Assembly (NCBI GenBank): GCA_964016885.1 | Contig: OZ024743.1 | Span: forward strand, 355,384,001 to 355,448,000 | Reading direction: 5' to 3' | Source of the DNA: Eledone cirrhosa | Taxonomy: Eukaryota | DNA length: 64,000 bases | Shown: in pieces, positions 45,575 to 59,077 of the stretch | How the letters are laid out: each line of letters begins with the position of its first letter | How positions within the stretch are numbered: position 1 is the stretch's first letter | The notes under the pieces: generated by a model | What the model was told of the DNA's origin: nothing | Seen by the model: only the letters and a program-made list of their open reading frames with translations | Database searches by the model: none | Translations under genes and position numbers: made by a program

Positions 45575-45605
<31 letters not shown>

Positions 45606-45616
45606 ATATAAATATA

Positions 45617-45726
<110 letters not shown>

Positions 45727-45896
45727 TGTATATATAGTCTATTTGTCAATACACTGTATGCTTAATTAAAAGCATTTCGAAGACCTTACGCTATTGTTTT
45801 AGAGTATATATACATATATATATACATATATACATATATACGTTCAGAATTAGCCGTCGAAACGTCTTGAGCTCAGCCGTCGGGGTCCTACTCGTT

Positions 45897-46033
<137 letters not shown>

Positions 46034-46160
46034 CAAAATGTTATTCACTTCCTTAGCAATTTTTACTTGATAATTTTCCTAGGCTTTAATGTATGTATAC
46101 TCCATATTCTTCTGAGTTTTTGGCTTGTATTGGCCGATAGTGCTTCTTGTAGCTTTACTT

Positions 46161-46198
46161 GCCCTGGTGAGTCCTTAATAGGACGAAATATTGTTGGC
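46161..46198 (+). ncRNA. Hammerhead ribozyme with an A6G change
   Basis: GCC-CTGGTGA-GTCC TTAATA GGAC-GAA-ATATTGT-T-GGC, followed by AATAAA. Confidence 0.65.
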
Positions 46199-46367
46199 TA
46201 ATAAAGACTTTTCGATGTATTGAAGGCTTCTTTGGTTTATTTTCATAATTCTTCGGCTCTGTTTAATTACATTGAGCTATACTTTTACTGTCATTTCTAT
46301 AATATGAAGAGGGTGTTTAACTCCAACACACTCTAGTATTTTAATTCTTATATATATATATATATAC

Positions 46368-46469
46368 ATATACTTATACATGGGTGCATTTATAAATGTA
46401 CACTTGTTGGTGCCCATGCGTTTGCATGTGTTCACACATATGCATACCTACGCACACACATATACACGA

Positions 46470-46523
<54 letters not shown>

Positions 46524-46687
46524 GTATATATATATATATATATATATACATACATATGTGTGTGTGTGTGTGTGTGTGTGTGTATTCGTGTATATGTGTG
46601 TGCGTAGGTATGCATATGTGCGAACACATGCAAACGCATGGGCACCAACAAGTGTACATGTATAAATGCACCCATGTATAAGTATAT
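46368..46687. repeat. Palindrome (~120 bp complex arms plus (CA)n/(TG)n) centred on (TA)n
   Basis: TACTTATACATGGGTGCATTTATA...TATAAATGCACCCATGTATAAGTA. Confidence 0.95.
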
Positions 46688-47114
46688 GTAGTTTTATATA
46701 ACGTCCTCGATTATGCATGCTACTACACTGGCCAGCTCATACTTATGCACGAGCCTACATTTTATAACAATACTTTAATGTTTTCATCATTACCTACTTC
46801 TACTAATATTAATAACTTCTGTCATTTTCCTTTAATAATTTTATTTACATCATTTTCAAAATCCGGAGCTGGAAATCATTTGGTTATTCTCAGAATGTTA
46901 ATCTAATGATTTTTTTAATAGCATAAATGTATTGTTTTTTTTTTTTTTTTTTTTTTGGGGGGGGGGGGGGGTCTTCGCAAGAAATTGTTCTTGTCGCTTC
47001 AAAATACATTGTGGGGGGAATACAGCATATCCTTCCTTTCCTAGTTCTTGTCATCAAATTATAAACATAAGTTTAGTTACATGAAATTATTCAACTCTAT
47101 ATGTCATACACGAG

Positions 47115-47445
47115 ACATTTCGTTTCATTCTATTCCATTTATCGTTTTCGGTGTGCCCGGCCGACTGAACTCACTCGACATGCAAATTAGGCTGCTCAGC
47201 CGTTAATATGCATAAGGAAAGTATATACTTTCAGACGTTCAACCATCTGGCAGGAAGGTATACGATGCTGACGATAGCTAATAAGCTTGAAACTAGTACA
47301 TTGTTCCTGTGTCAGTGTTGAACAAAAATGTGACGTGGTTGCCTAAACACTGTACGGCGTAATTCGGGCTGTATGTTTGTTTACAAACAAACAAACCGAG
47401 CATTATAATAAATGTTCGGTAAACCGATACGTGCATATATATATA
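47115..47445 (+). mobile_element. PLE-type end with HHR at 47262-47304; second copy at 51925-52258 with HHR at 52077-52119
   Basis: ACG(A/G)TG-CTGA(C/T)GA-T-AGCT AAYA AGCT-T-GAA-ACTAGT-A-CAT(T/C)GT. Confidence 0.85.
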
Positions 47446-47526
47446 TATGTGTGCATGTATGTATATATATACATTCTACTGTACGTCTGTATACATATAT
47501 GTATGTACGTATACATACATACTTAC

Positions 47527-47584
<58 letters not shown>

Positions 47585-47592
<8 letters not shown>

Positions 47593-47945
47593 AAAAAAAG
47601 ATGAAATCGAAAATGCAACTGGAGTCTTATTTTTTTTTTAAATATATATACTTATTTGGTTCCTTTACCGGTTTCGCAGTTCTTCCGCTTTTCAAAAGTA
47701 GAGTTGAGATGGAGGGTCTGTGGTTTTTCTTACATCAGATGTAAGAAAAACCACAGACACTCCATCTCAACTCTACTTTTGAAAAGCAGAAGAACTGCGA
47801 AACCGGTAAAGGAACCAAATAAATATATATATATTTTTTTTAAATAAGACTCCAGTTGCATTTTCGATTTCATCTTTTTTTCTTTATACTTTCACTCGTG
47901 TAGGACAACTCGGTTATTTTTCATTTTGTAAAAAAAAAACCTCAC

Positions 47946-47952
<7 letters not shown>
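47585..47952. mobile_element. Fold-back: palindrome 47585-47888 (~150 bp arms, 1-nt loop) with two U3:A8 HHRs (47663-47698 -, 47776-47811 +) plus tail
   Basis: CTT-TTGAAAA-GCAG AAGAA CTGC-GAA-ACCGGT-A-AAG. Confidence 0.9.
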
Positions 47953-47984
<32 letters not shown>

Positions 47985-48044
47985 TATAGATATATATAGA
48001 TATATAGATATATATAATAGAAGTGTGACGCACGAGTTTTGATA

Positions 48045-48625
48045 TATTAGTAAAAAGGAAAAGAAAATGCTGACAAATTTTTCCCAGTGAAAAATAGTTT
48101 AATTAGGAATAAGTATAAATTAGTAATAAGAATTAGTTAGTATTCAGTTTTAGTTTTAAGTTTTTACCGCTTACCCATTTCTTATGCTTTTCAAAAATAA
48201 TTTTGAGATAGAGTGCTCGTGATTTTTGCTCTAATCTGATCAGTTTTGGAAATTCTTCCTGTTTTATGTGAAAAAAGTGGCTTGGGAGGTATTAAGATTT
48301 GGTTGGTTGTTGAATGTCACGTGAATAAGCACTATAAATATCGCGCCAATTCGTGTTGCAAAAATTCTTGTAGTCAAAACAATTTTGATTGGTCGGTAGA
48401 AATCACGTGAATGTTTAAATTGATTTTAGCGCGAGCTGGTTTCGCGCCAAATGTGGGTTTGTCGAAGAACGTCCTTTTCTGCTAGATTGAGTTACAGTTA
48501 TGTTAAGAGGTCAACAGTTCCGGTGTCTATTAAAACAAATATATCTGTGTGTGTGTGTGTGTGTGTAGTAAAGTGGTTCATTGTTGTGATAATGAAAATG
48601 AATCGGTCAGTAGGAACGTGTGTGT

Positions 48626-48695
<70 letters not shown>

Positions 48696-48881
48696 CAAGA
48701 AAAAATTACAAGCACTCTATCTCAAAATTATTTTTGAAAAGCATAAGAAATGCGCAACCGGTAAAAACTTGAAACTAAAACTGAATACTAACTAATACTT
48801 ATCACTAATTTATACTTATCCCTAATTAAACTATTTTTCACTGGGAAAAATTTGTCAACATTTTCTTTTCCTTTTTCCTAA
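48045..48881. mobile_element. Spaced inverted pair of PLE-type ends; HHR-like motif at 48731-48766 (U3:A8, GCA in place of GAA)
   Basis: 48045-48232 is the reverse complement of 48700-48881. Motif TTT-TTGAAAA-GCAT AAGAA ATGC-GCA-ACCGGT-A-AAA. Confidence 0.75.
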
Positions 48882-48904
48882 CACACATACATATATATAT
48901 ATAT

Positions 48905-49679
48905 AGTAATAATAATAAATTTGAAGACTAAAATCCAAAGAGCGCTAGATAGGGATAAATATATATCAAATATATAAGAACCGTAGAGCAAATATTTATT
49001 AAAATAACAGATTAAAGTTTAAGCAAAGAATCGCTGCTTTCACCCTTAACGGGATCTTCTGAAACTAACAAAGTCTATCTGTGAACGCAGAAGTGAATAT
49101 TTCAAAAACGTTGCAACCAGAGGAAGACAGGAAGACGATACTTTGGTTCGTGGAAACGTTCCCTGGCAAAGAACCGGAAAAAAAACGAATATAATACGTC
49201 ATTATTTGGAGCGGTGAAAAACAATTACACGCAAAGACAAAACCACGTTTATGGTATAAAAGAAGTCGTACACTAATATTCTATTAGGTGGTTCATAGAG
49301 ACGTTCTCTGGCAATGAACGGAAAAAACGAAGATAATACGTCATATGTGGAGCGTGGAGAACAATTGCACGCAAAGACAAAACCACGTAAATGGTATAAC
49401 TGTAGACGTAGACTAAAATTCTAACTAGCAAACCGAATGAATCTCGATTTCAGAGTTAAGAATAAAGTAAATAAAATACAGAGGAAATTGAAATAAATAT
49501 ATACACGCATCCATATAAGTTCATACACAAGCATACGCGAAAACACTCACCATAGGTATACAAATACACGCACGTACACACAAAAAAAAAAACACCACGC
49601 ACATACAGAACCCACGCAACGCCTGTACCAGCACGCATACGAATGTATACAGCAAATACACATAAAATATATATAAAAG

Positions 49680-49710
<31 letters not shown>

Positions 49711-51090
49711 CGTGTATACTTTTAATTAAATAAACGTATATAAATAAATAAATACGTATATAACAAGCGCACACACATACCTACATGTAAATACACATAT
49801 GTTCGGAGACTACGTCAACCAAAACACAAAGTACACATAAACACACACCCTGCATACATACGAACCCGCATACTCACACACACGCAAAACTCACGTATAC
49901 ACATAACCAAAAGCATATGTACCAGAATATATAATATATACGCCATAACATCAAATATACGTACGAGAAAGTATACGTACCTTCACAAAACATACAGGTA
50001 ATATATACTTACCTATACAAGTAAGTAATGGTATAAACATAACATATACTTAGCTACCACATCAAGACGTAAAATATCCGCGTATAGTTCGTACTATCCG
50101 TTAGGGTATAATGTGGGGCAGTAATACAGGAAAGTATTTTGCAATTTATGTTTACAAGCCGAAATTGCCTCAGATTTTTTGTTTAAGATGTGGTCTTTGG
50201 CGTAAGTATTGCCAGGACCTCAGAGGCGCAGAGGTCACATGGTCTTTTATTTCCGTTATACGATCTAGCCTCAGATAGGATCTCCCAGTGTAATTTTATT
50301 GGGTGTGGTTGTCTTTTAGACTCCAGATATAAGCTGAAAGTGACGTCATATTCCTTCTTAAAGGGTTACGAAAAGAATGGGTGTGCATATAAAAACGCTG
50401 CTTGAATCTATTGGCGGTTAACCCTATGTAGGCCCTGCAGGACGTGGGTGTTTCAACCTTACATTTGTAGACAATGTTACTAGAGAGGCATTTCCCGGAT
50501 AGGGGGCAGTCAACCCGATTCCTACAATTACAGTTAGTACTAACTACAGGGTTGCGCGTATTCCTATGGCTAGGTAGTTTAGCTAAATTTGAAGCTGTGA
50601 TGTTACGTGCAAGGTTAGGAGTCGTAGAGTAAGACATTTTAATAGTATTTCTATTAAAAATTTTACTATATTTATGTGTAGGGGGAAAATTCTTCATAAG
50701 GGAGAGAAAGATCTCAGCTAATGGTGTGGCCACACATAAGACGTATTATCTTCCTTTTTTTCGTTCATTGCCAGAGAGCGTCTCTATGAACCACCTAATA
50801 GAATATTAGTCTACGACTTCTTTTATACCATAAACGTGGTTTTGTCTTTGCGTGTAATTGTTTTTCACCGCTCCAAATAATGACGTATTATATTCGTTTT
50901 TTTTCCCGTTCTTTGCCAGGGAACGTTTCCACAAACCAAAGTATCGTCTTCCTGTCTTCCTCTGGCTGCAACGTTTTTTTAAATATTCAGTTCTGCGTTC
51001 ACAGATTGACATCGTTAGTTTCAGAATATCCCGTTAAAGGTGAAAGCAGCGATTCTTTGCTTAAACTTTAATCTGTTATTTTAATAAATA
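48905..51090 (-). mobile_element. 5'-truncated PLE of a third family (GIY-YIG 50130-50733), 3' pLTR with HHR at 49016-49066, and inverted pLTR 50745-51090 with HHR at 51017-51067
   Basis: KIFNRNTIKMSYS..CNCR..CPLSGKCL..IVYKCKV..YIGLT..FKQRFY.H..SF..LS.YIW.LK..CDLC. The inverted terminal copy is seen directly. Confidence 0.9.
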
Positions 51091-51144
51091 TATACTTAAT
51101 AAATATATATATACTGAGGTGTTGGTATAAAAACAACATATACT

Positions 51145-51925
<781 letters not shown>

Positions 51926-52270
51926 TGAAATTTCGTTTTCATTTTATTTCAACTTATCGTTCTCGGTATGCCTGACCGACATAATTCACTCGATATGCAA
52001 ATTAGGCTGCTCAGCCGTTAATTTTCATAAGGAAAGTATATACTTTCGAACGTTCAACTATCTGGCAGATGGGTATACGGTGCTGATGATAGCTAACAAG
52101 CTTGAAACTAGTACATCGTTCCTGTGTCAGTGTTGAACAAAAAGGTGACGTGGTTGCCTTAACACCGTACGGCATAACATTCAGGCTGTTCAGTTTGTTT
52201 ACAAACGAACAAAGCGGCGTTATAATAAGCGTCCGCTAAACTGATACGTGCATATATGTATGTGTACCTG

Positions 52271-52338
<68 letters not shown>

Positions 52339-52380
52339 TAGGTAAATATACACGGGTGTGTATGATTGTGTATAGAAGAT

Positions 52381-52767
52381 TATATTAATAAGAGGAATTC
52401 CAACTTTGTCTGATTTACTCGTTTTATTTACAATCCTTTAAAATATATATAATATGGTATTATAATGAAATAGTATGATAGAATATTAAATTCTAAGTGT
52501 TAATTGAACAAGTACTTTCATGCTTTCGCAATCTTCAGGTTCATGATATGTGGTGACAGTCGAGTTTGCAATTTTCAACTGTAACTGCAAACTCGACTGT
52601 CACCACATATCATGAACCTGAAGATTGCGAAAGCATGAAAGTACTTGTTCAATTAACACTTAGAATTTAATATTCTATCATACTATTTCATTATAATACC
52701 ATATTATATATATTTTAAAGGATTGTAAATAAAACGAATAAATCAGACAAAGTTGGAATTCCTCTTA

Positions 52768-52775
<8 letters not shown>
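52381..52775. mobile_element. Fold-back palindrome (~190 bp arms, 15-nt spacer) with two HHRs (52505-52543 -, 52613-52651 +)
   Basis: TGAAC-CTGAAGA-T-TGC GAAA GCA-T-GAA-AGTACT-T-GTTCA. Confidence 0.9.
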
Positions 52776-52815
<40 letters not shown>

Positions 52816-53635
52816 TGCTACTGTACGTCTGTATACATATATGTATGTACGTATACACACATACTTACATTTAAGTAAGGGCCGTACTAAGAGTGAGAAA
52901 TGAAATTTCGTTTTCATTTTATTTCAACATATATATATATATATTTATATATATATATATATATAATCAGTGTCTTAATATGCATTTGTGCCCCTACCTG
53001 ATTTACTATAAAAGTGCAAAACGAAAGCCCACAAAGACTGAATATTATTATTTAGTATTTTATATTGAATATTTCTATATTTATTTGGATGTATACACCC
53101 CGAGGCGTTTTAATTCAATTCTAAAATGTTCCTAATCCTGCTGTTATAACTAAACGTTTATCTACATTACCATGTTATATCTCCCCTTCCTTAAATATTA
53201 TAGGCATACTATTCATTGCAAAGGTTCTGTCTTTTTTTTCCATTCCACCCTTAAAAGATAATTCCATTTGTAATACTTTTATCGTCATTCATTTCAAATA
53301 TTTATAATTATTTTCTTTTTTTTACATCTCAGTAGTGAGAACCAGTTTGTATTCAGTTCAGAAATTATCAAAACCTACATTTATATGCCGCTGCAAATTC
53401 CTATCAATAACTTCAAATATTTTTTTTTAATTTCTTTAAATGTCAGTAATGTAAGTATTAAAGAAACATATGTTGGATGTTCATGTGTGGGAATAGTGAA
53501 CATACTCAACATGGAAAACCTGAGAACATTGTTTATCATGAAGATTTTGACTGAGAATTATATAATTATATATATATATATTATATCTCTTGTATATATA
53601 TACACACACACACACATATATATATATATACACAC

Positions 53636-53694
<59 letters not shown>

Positions 53695-53769
53695 AGTTAT
53701 TTTTATCTGAAGACACTTTTTCCAATTCTACCCCAACCGTCCCTTCAATCTATCTAATTTCTCATTCTT

Positions 53770-53805
53770 TCTTCTGATGATGGACTAATGTCCGAAACGT
53801 TAAGA
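53770..53805 (+). ncRNA. Minimal hammerhead ribozyme; degenerate relatives at 19563-19592 and 43064-43088
   Basis: TCTT-CTGATGA-T-GGAC TAAT GTCC-GAA-ACGT-T-AAGA. Confidence 0.8.
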
Positions 53806-53889
53806 GCCTCTTCCTGCTATGTCAAGGGTTAACCTAATATATTCCTTCCATACACTGTATCGATTGTGCTTTTTTTTCTGTTTAACTTT

Positions 53890-53967
<78 letters not shown>

Positions 53968-55270
53968 AAATAGTTTTATCGCTCTACTTGACTGAATACA
54001 ATAAATGTAATCTGAGCTTTTCGAATATTAATAATAAAATTCGATTTGTTTGCAACTATGCAAACAGCCTCTTTAAGCCATGTCAGTATATATGTGTATT
54101 GTTGTACGAGATATGTGTGTGTATGTGTATATGTGTGTGTGTTTGTATGTGTGAGTGCGAGCGAGCGCGCGCGCGTGTGTGTGTAAATTCTTTGAAAATT
54201 TAACTGTTTTCTTCATAATTCTGGTTTTGCAATATTATGTCATCTGACTAACTTCTTTTTAAATTTAATAATATACATTATTACATTATGTTAGATCAAA
54301 TTAGACTAAAGTTTATATGTTTACATTTTATTAATACTTGTGTCAGACCAGTAGTTTAAACACAGTAGCACAGTCTACACTGAGACAACCACCACTATAT
54401 AAAACAAAACACAAGTGAATAAAGTTGTCCTGCAGTTTTCCTCGATATTTTAGTGCTAAGTAATATTTCAACATTTTATTTTGCATCGGTGCTTCAAAGG
54501 AGCGCAATAATTTAAGGAAGAAGCATGTGACCATATCTAGGAATATATATGGATGTTCGAAGCTAGTGCTTAGATGGCGAGGGTTCATCAAATGTGTGAT
54601 GTTAAAAAACCAATATTTCGGATTTACCTAAGGCTAAGAACAAACACATAGCATTTTCTTGTAAATATAATGTTGATTCAAATTCTAATGCTCTTGTAAT
54701 AACAGCATCCGTAGCATAGAAATTCAAAGTGCTGCTGTCAAAATAGGTATATGCGTATTCAGAAGTTAGTACTGAATAGGTAAATGGATTTAGAAATCAC
54801 CATGGAATAGATAATAAAATTATGTCATTGTACCTATATATATATACGCAGAGTCTTGGATACATTTCGTCTAGGCAATATTAACTGATGTATTATTGTA
54901 CTTTTACTCACAAAAAAATAAGTTACATTTTAATTTAGTTGAATTGGCGCAAGGGCCTAACGATGAGCTATTTGTATTACTCCTGTTGGCTTGTACATTT
55001 GCCAGACAATACGATCGATAATTTGTGTATTAATCAAAATAACTATTTTGTATTTCTGCTCCTAACATTGAAATTTAGTTGAGCTGACATATGGACCTAA
55101 CGTGGAGCTATTTTAGCATTCCTGTTAGTCTGCTCGTAATCTTCTGCTTAAGCAACTACACATGCATTCAAAGTTGGTGTTGAAGACATGACCTATATCT
55201 GAACTATGTGTGTGTAGTAAAACGCGATCTACTGAAGATGAGTCTGGTGTTTTTATGGTGCCTGTTATCA

Positions 55271-55817
55271 AATAATTGTTTCTACTTTTGGCACAAGGCC
55301 AGCAATTATCCCAGTTCATTACTGGTACTTTATTTTATCGACCCCTTAAGGATGAAAGGCAAAGTGAACTTCGGCAGGATTTGAACTCAAACCATAAAGG
55401 GGCGTAACTCTATGGTGCAAAGCATGGCGTCCGACCGTCTACCGATACAGCCAATCCCTCGCGCTTATCTAATAATTGTTTCTACGTTTGGCACAAGGTC
55501 AGCAATTACTCAGTGCATTACTGGTACTTTATTTTATCGACCCCCCCCCCCGTAAGGATGAAAGGCAACGTTAACCTCGGCGGGATTTGAACTCAGAATG
55601 GCAAGAGCCGTAACTCTATAAGTCAACGCATGGCATCCGGCCCTCTACCAATACTGCCAATCCACCACCCTATCTAATAATTGTTTCTACTTTGGGCACA
55701 AGGCCAGCAATTACCCAATGCATTACTGGTACTTTATTCTATCGACCCCGGAAGGATGAAAGGCAAAGTTAACCTCGGCGGGGTTTGAACTCAGATCATA
55801 CAGGGAGGTAACTCTAT
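55271..55817 (-). mobile_element. Head-to-tail array of three tRNA-derived SINEs
   Basis: Units start AATAATTGTTTCTAC at ~55271, ~55471 and ~55676. A boxes are seen in the first two units and B boxes in all three. Confidence 0.9.
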
Positions 55818-56181
55818 CTAATAATGGTAATTAGCACCATTTCTTGTCGGCCTGAAACAGTTGTATAGACTTTAGGAATCTGGTTTTACCCTCATCATGT
55901 AAGTTCATTCCTTTACATTCCGATTTTCTTATGTTGTACCTATTTATATATATATATACGCATGGTCTTCGATACATTTTGTCTAGGCAATATTTACTGT
56001 TGTATTGTTATCATATACATATGAATTTGATTTTTCCTTCCTTTGTTTACTTACGCAAATGAAACCTGCCGAAGAAAGAATATACTTATTCAAGAATCTT
56101 TAGGTAGAAATTCTCATCAGATGTAAACATAGCAAAGAAAATCGCACCCACCACACACGCACACACGCGCACACACCCGCT

Positions 56182-56212
<31 letters not shown>

Positions 56213-56247
56213 ACACACGCACACAAACTTATATATATATATATGTA

Positions 56248-56305
<58 letters not shown>

Positions 56306-56347
56306 CAAATATATACACATAGAAACATATGTATATTCCCTTTACTA

Positions 56348-56439
<92 letters not shown>

Positions 56440-56829
56440 CTGTGTGTCTGGGTGTGTGTGTGTCTAAGTGTGTGTATGTGTCTGTGTGTATATTTGTGCG
56501 TGTAAGTGTGCGTGTGTGTGTCTGTGTATGTGTGGGGGCATCTGTTCATATCAAGAACGTATGTTTACAACACTGGTACTCTTAAAAAAAAAGTACAAAA
56601 CAAAATGTAAATAAAGAAAAGATAGGACATGCAAGGTGCAGTTTGCAAATGACAGTAGGCAAGATTGCATAGAAATAAGAATAGAGAAAGACGAGTTGTG
56701 TAGTTGAAGAGAGAAATAGAGATTGTGACAATTCTTGGATAACATATCATGCCTGATATACATGATGTAATGACAGCAATGTTGCATACTTGCACGCAAC
56801 GTTGCACTTGTGTACGAAAGGCATGTATA

Positions 56830-56965
56830 GGCACAGGCATGGTTGTGTGGTTAATGACATAACTTCGGAACCACATGGCTCTGGATTCAGTCCCGGGGCG
56901 TGTCTTCTACTACAGCCTTGCATTTACCAATACTTCCTGAGCGGAATTTGGTAGACGAAAACTAC
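56830..56965 (+). mobile_element. Degenerate tRNA-derived SINE of another family
   Basis: GGCACAGGCATGGTTGTGTGG..GGATTCAGTCCC..GTGTCTTCTACTA..TTTGGTAGACG. A reverse fragment lies at ~59602-59636. Confidence 0.6.
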
Positions 56966-57039
56966 AATGTGTCCATATATGTGTATATGTATATATATAT
57001 TTATGTGTGTCTGTGTGTGTGCATACATATATATATATA

Positions 57040-57087
<48 letters not shown>

Positions 57088-57093
<6 letters not shown>

Positions 57094-57337
57094 ATTAAAT
57101 AAATGGAAAACTATATTTATAAAACCATATTTATTTCATTATATATATTTCGGGGATATCATATTAACAATATGCTATGCCTTCATCCCGAAATATATAT
57201 AATGAAATAAATATGGTTTTATAAATATAGTTTTCCATTTATTTAATATTGTAAATATACTCCAAGTATTTGTCGAGTGCTTTTATATCAGTTATAAATA
57301 TTTACTAGTTGTAACCCAACAATTTTAAATATAACTT

Positions 57338-57340
<3 letters not shown>
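57088..57340. mobile_element. Fold-back of the 20908 family (inverted repeat 57088-57253) turning inside the HHR, plus an ~87-nt tail
   Basis: Junction reads ...GCCTTC-ATCCC-GAAATATATAT. Confidence 0.9.
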
Positions 57341-57380
<40 letters not shown>

Positions 57381-57476
57381 CTACATATAGGGGTAAAAAC
57401 CACCTTCGGTCACGAATGACCATGGGATTTGCATCTAGAAAGTTTCCCTCCGAAGCACAAGTCCAGGTAAGATTGT

Positions 57477-57533
<57 letters not shown>

Positions 57534-57611
57534 AAAAGTTAAACAAGGTTCATTGATTAATCAATGAATCAATGAATATAGTTTTACAATAGATTAAAAG
57601 CACTCAACAAT

Positions 57612-57760
57612 GAAGTTTTCTGGGAAGTTTTCAGGGAAGTTTTCAGGGAAGTTTTCAGGGAAGTTTTCAGGGAAGTTTTCAGGGAAGTTTTCAGATAAAA
57701 TAAATTGATGGTTCAATTCCAGTCTTGGCAGTCACTGTCAAGACTGGAATTGAACCATCA
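57612..57760. repeat. 12-bp tandem (GGGAAGTTTTCA) x~7 followed by a 22-bp-arm hairpin (57706-57760)
   Basis: Seen directly. Confidence 0.9.
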
Positions 57761-57969
57761 GCACAGTTGAGGTATGTCAGACATCAATTTATTTTATCTG
57801 ATGGGGACGTACTGAGGAAACAGCACAGTACCTCTGAATATATATAATAAAATATATTTGATCACATGAATGTCTATATTTATTAATATTTTGAATTAAT
57901 ATATATATATATATATATATAAATATATATATATGTATATTTATTAAAATAACAAATATATATATATGT

Positions 57970-58330
57970 ATATTTATTAAAATAACAGGTTAAAGTTTAA
58001 GCAAAGAATCGCTGCTTTCACCCTAACGGGATCTTCTGCAACTAAAAATATCAATTATCTTCGCTTTTTTCCGTTCATTGCCAGAGAACGTCTTCACGAA
58101 CCAAAGTATATTCTTCCTGTTTTCCTTCCGTTGCAACGTTACTTCTGCGTTCACAGATTGATTTTTTTAGTTTCGGAAGATCCCGTTAAGGGTGAAAGCA
58201 GCGATTCTTTGCTTTAACTTTAATCTGTTATTTTAATAAATATTTGCTCTTGGGTTCTTATATATTTGATATATATTGATCCTTATCGAGCCCTCTTTGG
58301 ATTTTAGTTTTCGAATTTATTATTATTATT
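57970..58330. mobile_element. Spaced fold-back of the CAGAAGA-HHR pLTR family
   Basis: 57970-58048 is inverted relative to 58165-58243, with an ~80-nt tail. Confidence 0.85.
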
Positions 58331-58334
58331 ACTT

Positions 58335-58653
58335 TGCCATTCATCCTTACGGGGTCGATAAAATAAAGTAGCAGTAATGCACTGGGATAATTGCTGGCCT
58401 TGTGCCAAAAATAGAAACAATTATTACTATATATAGATGGCGGTGGATTGGCAGTAGATGGCGGTGGATTGGCAGTATCAGTAGAGGGTCTGACGCTATC
58501 TTTTGACGCATAGAGTTACGGCCCTTGCCATTCTGAGTTCGAATCTCGCCGAGGTTAACTTTACCTTTCATCCTTACGGGGTCGATAAAATAAAGTACCA
58601 GTAATACACTGGATAATTGCTGGCCTTGTGCCCAAAAGTAGAAACAATTATTA
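58335..58653 (+). mobile_element. SINE tandem (partial plus full); a similar partial-plus-full pair lies at 59291-59571 (-)
   Basis: Family core, A and B boxes, and a duplicated head ATGGCGGTGGATTGGCAGTA. Confidence 0.9.
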
Positions 58654-58672
58654 CTATATATATATATGTATG

Positions 58673-59037
58673 TAGTGTACTTTCTGCTTTCGCGGTCCCA
58701 GTTTTTTGCGGAATTTTCCTTAGGACATAACTAATAATTGTTCATGGAAACCACCACCTATTCGCGGAATCGTAATAATCTTCCGCGATTTTTTTTATGG
58801 CTTTTTTCGTAGCAATATATATTTTTTCAACGCTTAATTATTAATAACAATATACCGTATTTGCCGGCCTATTGGTTACCCTTTCGCATAAGACGCTCCC
58901 ACTGTTTTTATTATATTTTACGTTATACTTTGACGTTTATATGCATTCTTATAAACCAAGGCCAATATTCGCGGTTTTCACTCTTCGAACGTAAAGTTGC
59001 TCTAGGAACGTAAACCCCGCGAATACCGAGGGAAAAC

Positions 59038-59039
<2 letters not shown>
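58673..59039. mobile_element. Tigger/pogo-like MITE, degenerate
   Basis: Right end CCCCGCGAATACCGAGGGAAAACTG, left end TAGTGTACTTTCTGCTTTCGCGG, with internal TTCGCGG repeats. Confidence 0.55.

Positions 59040-59077
<38 letters not shown>

Noticed and set aside
57612-57694. NF-kB site cluster
   Set aside because: GGGAAGTTTTC does not fit GGGRNNYYCC, and it lies at a transposon junction.
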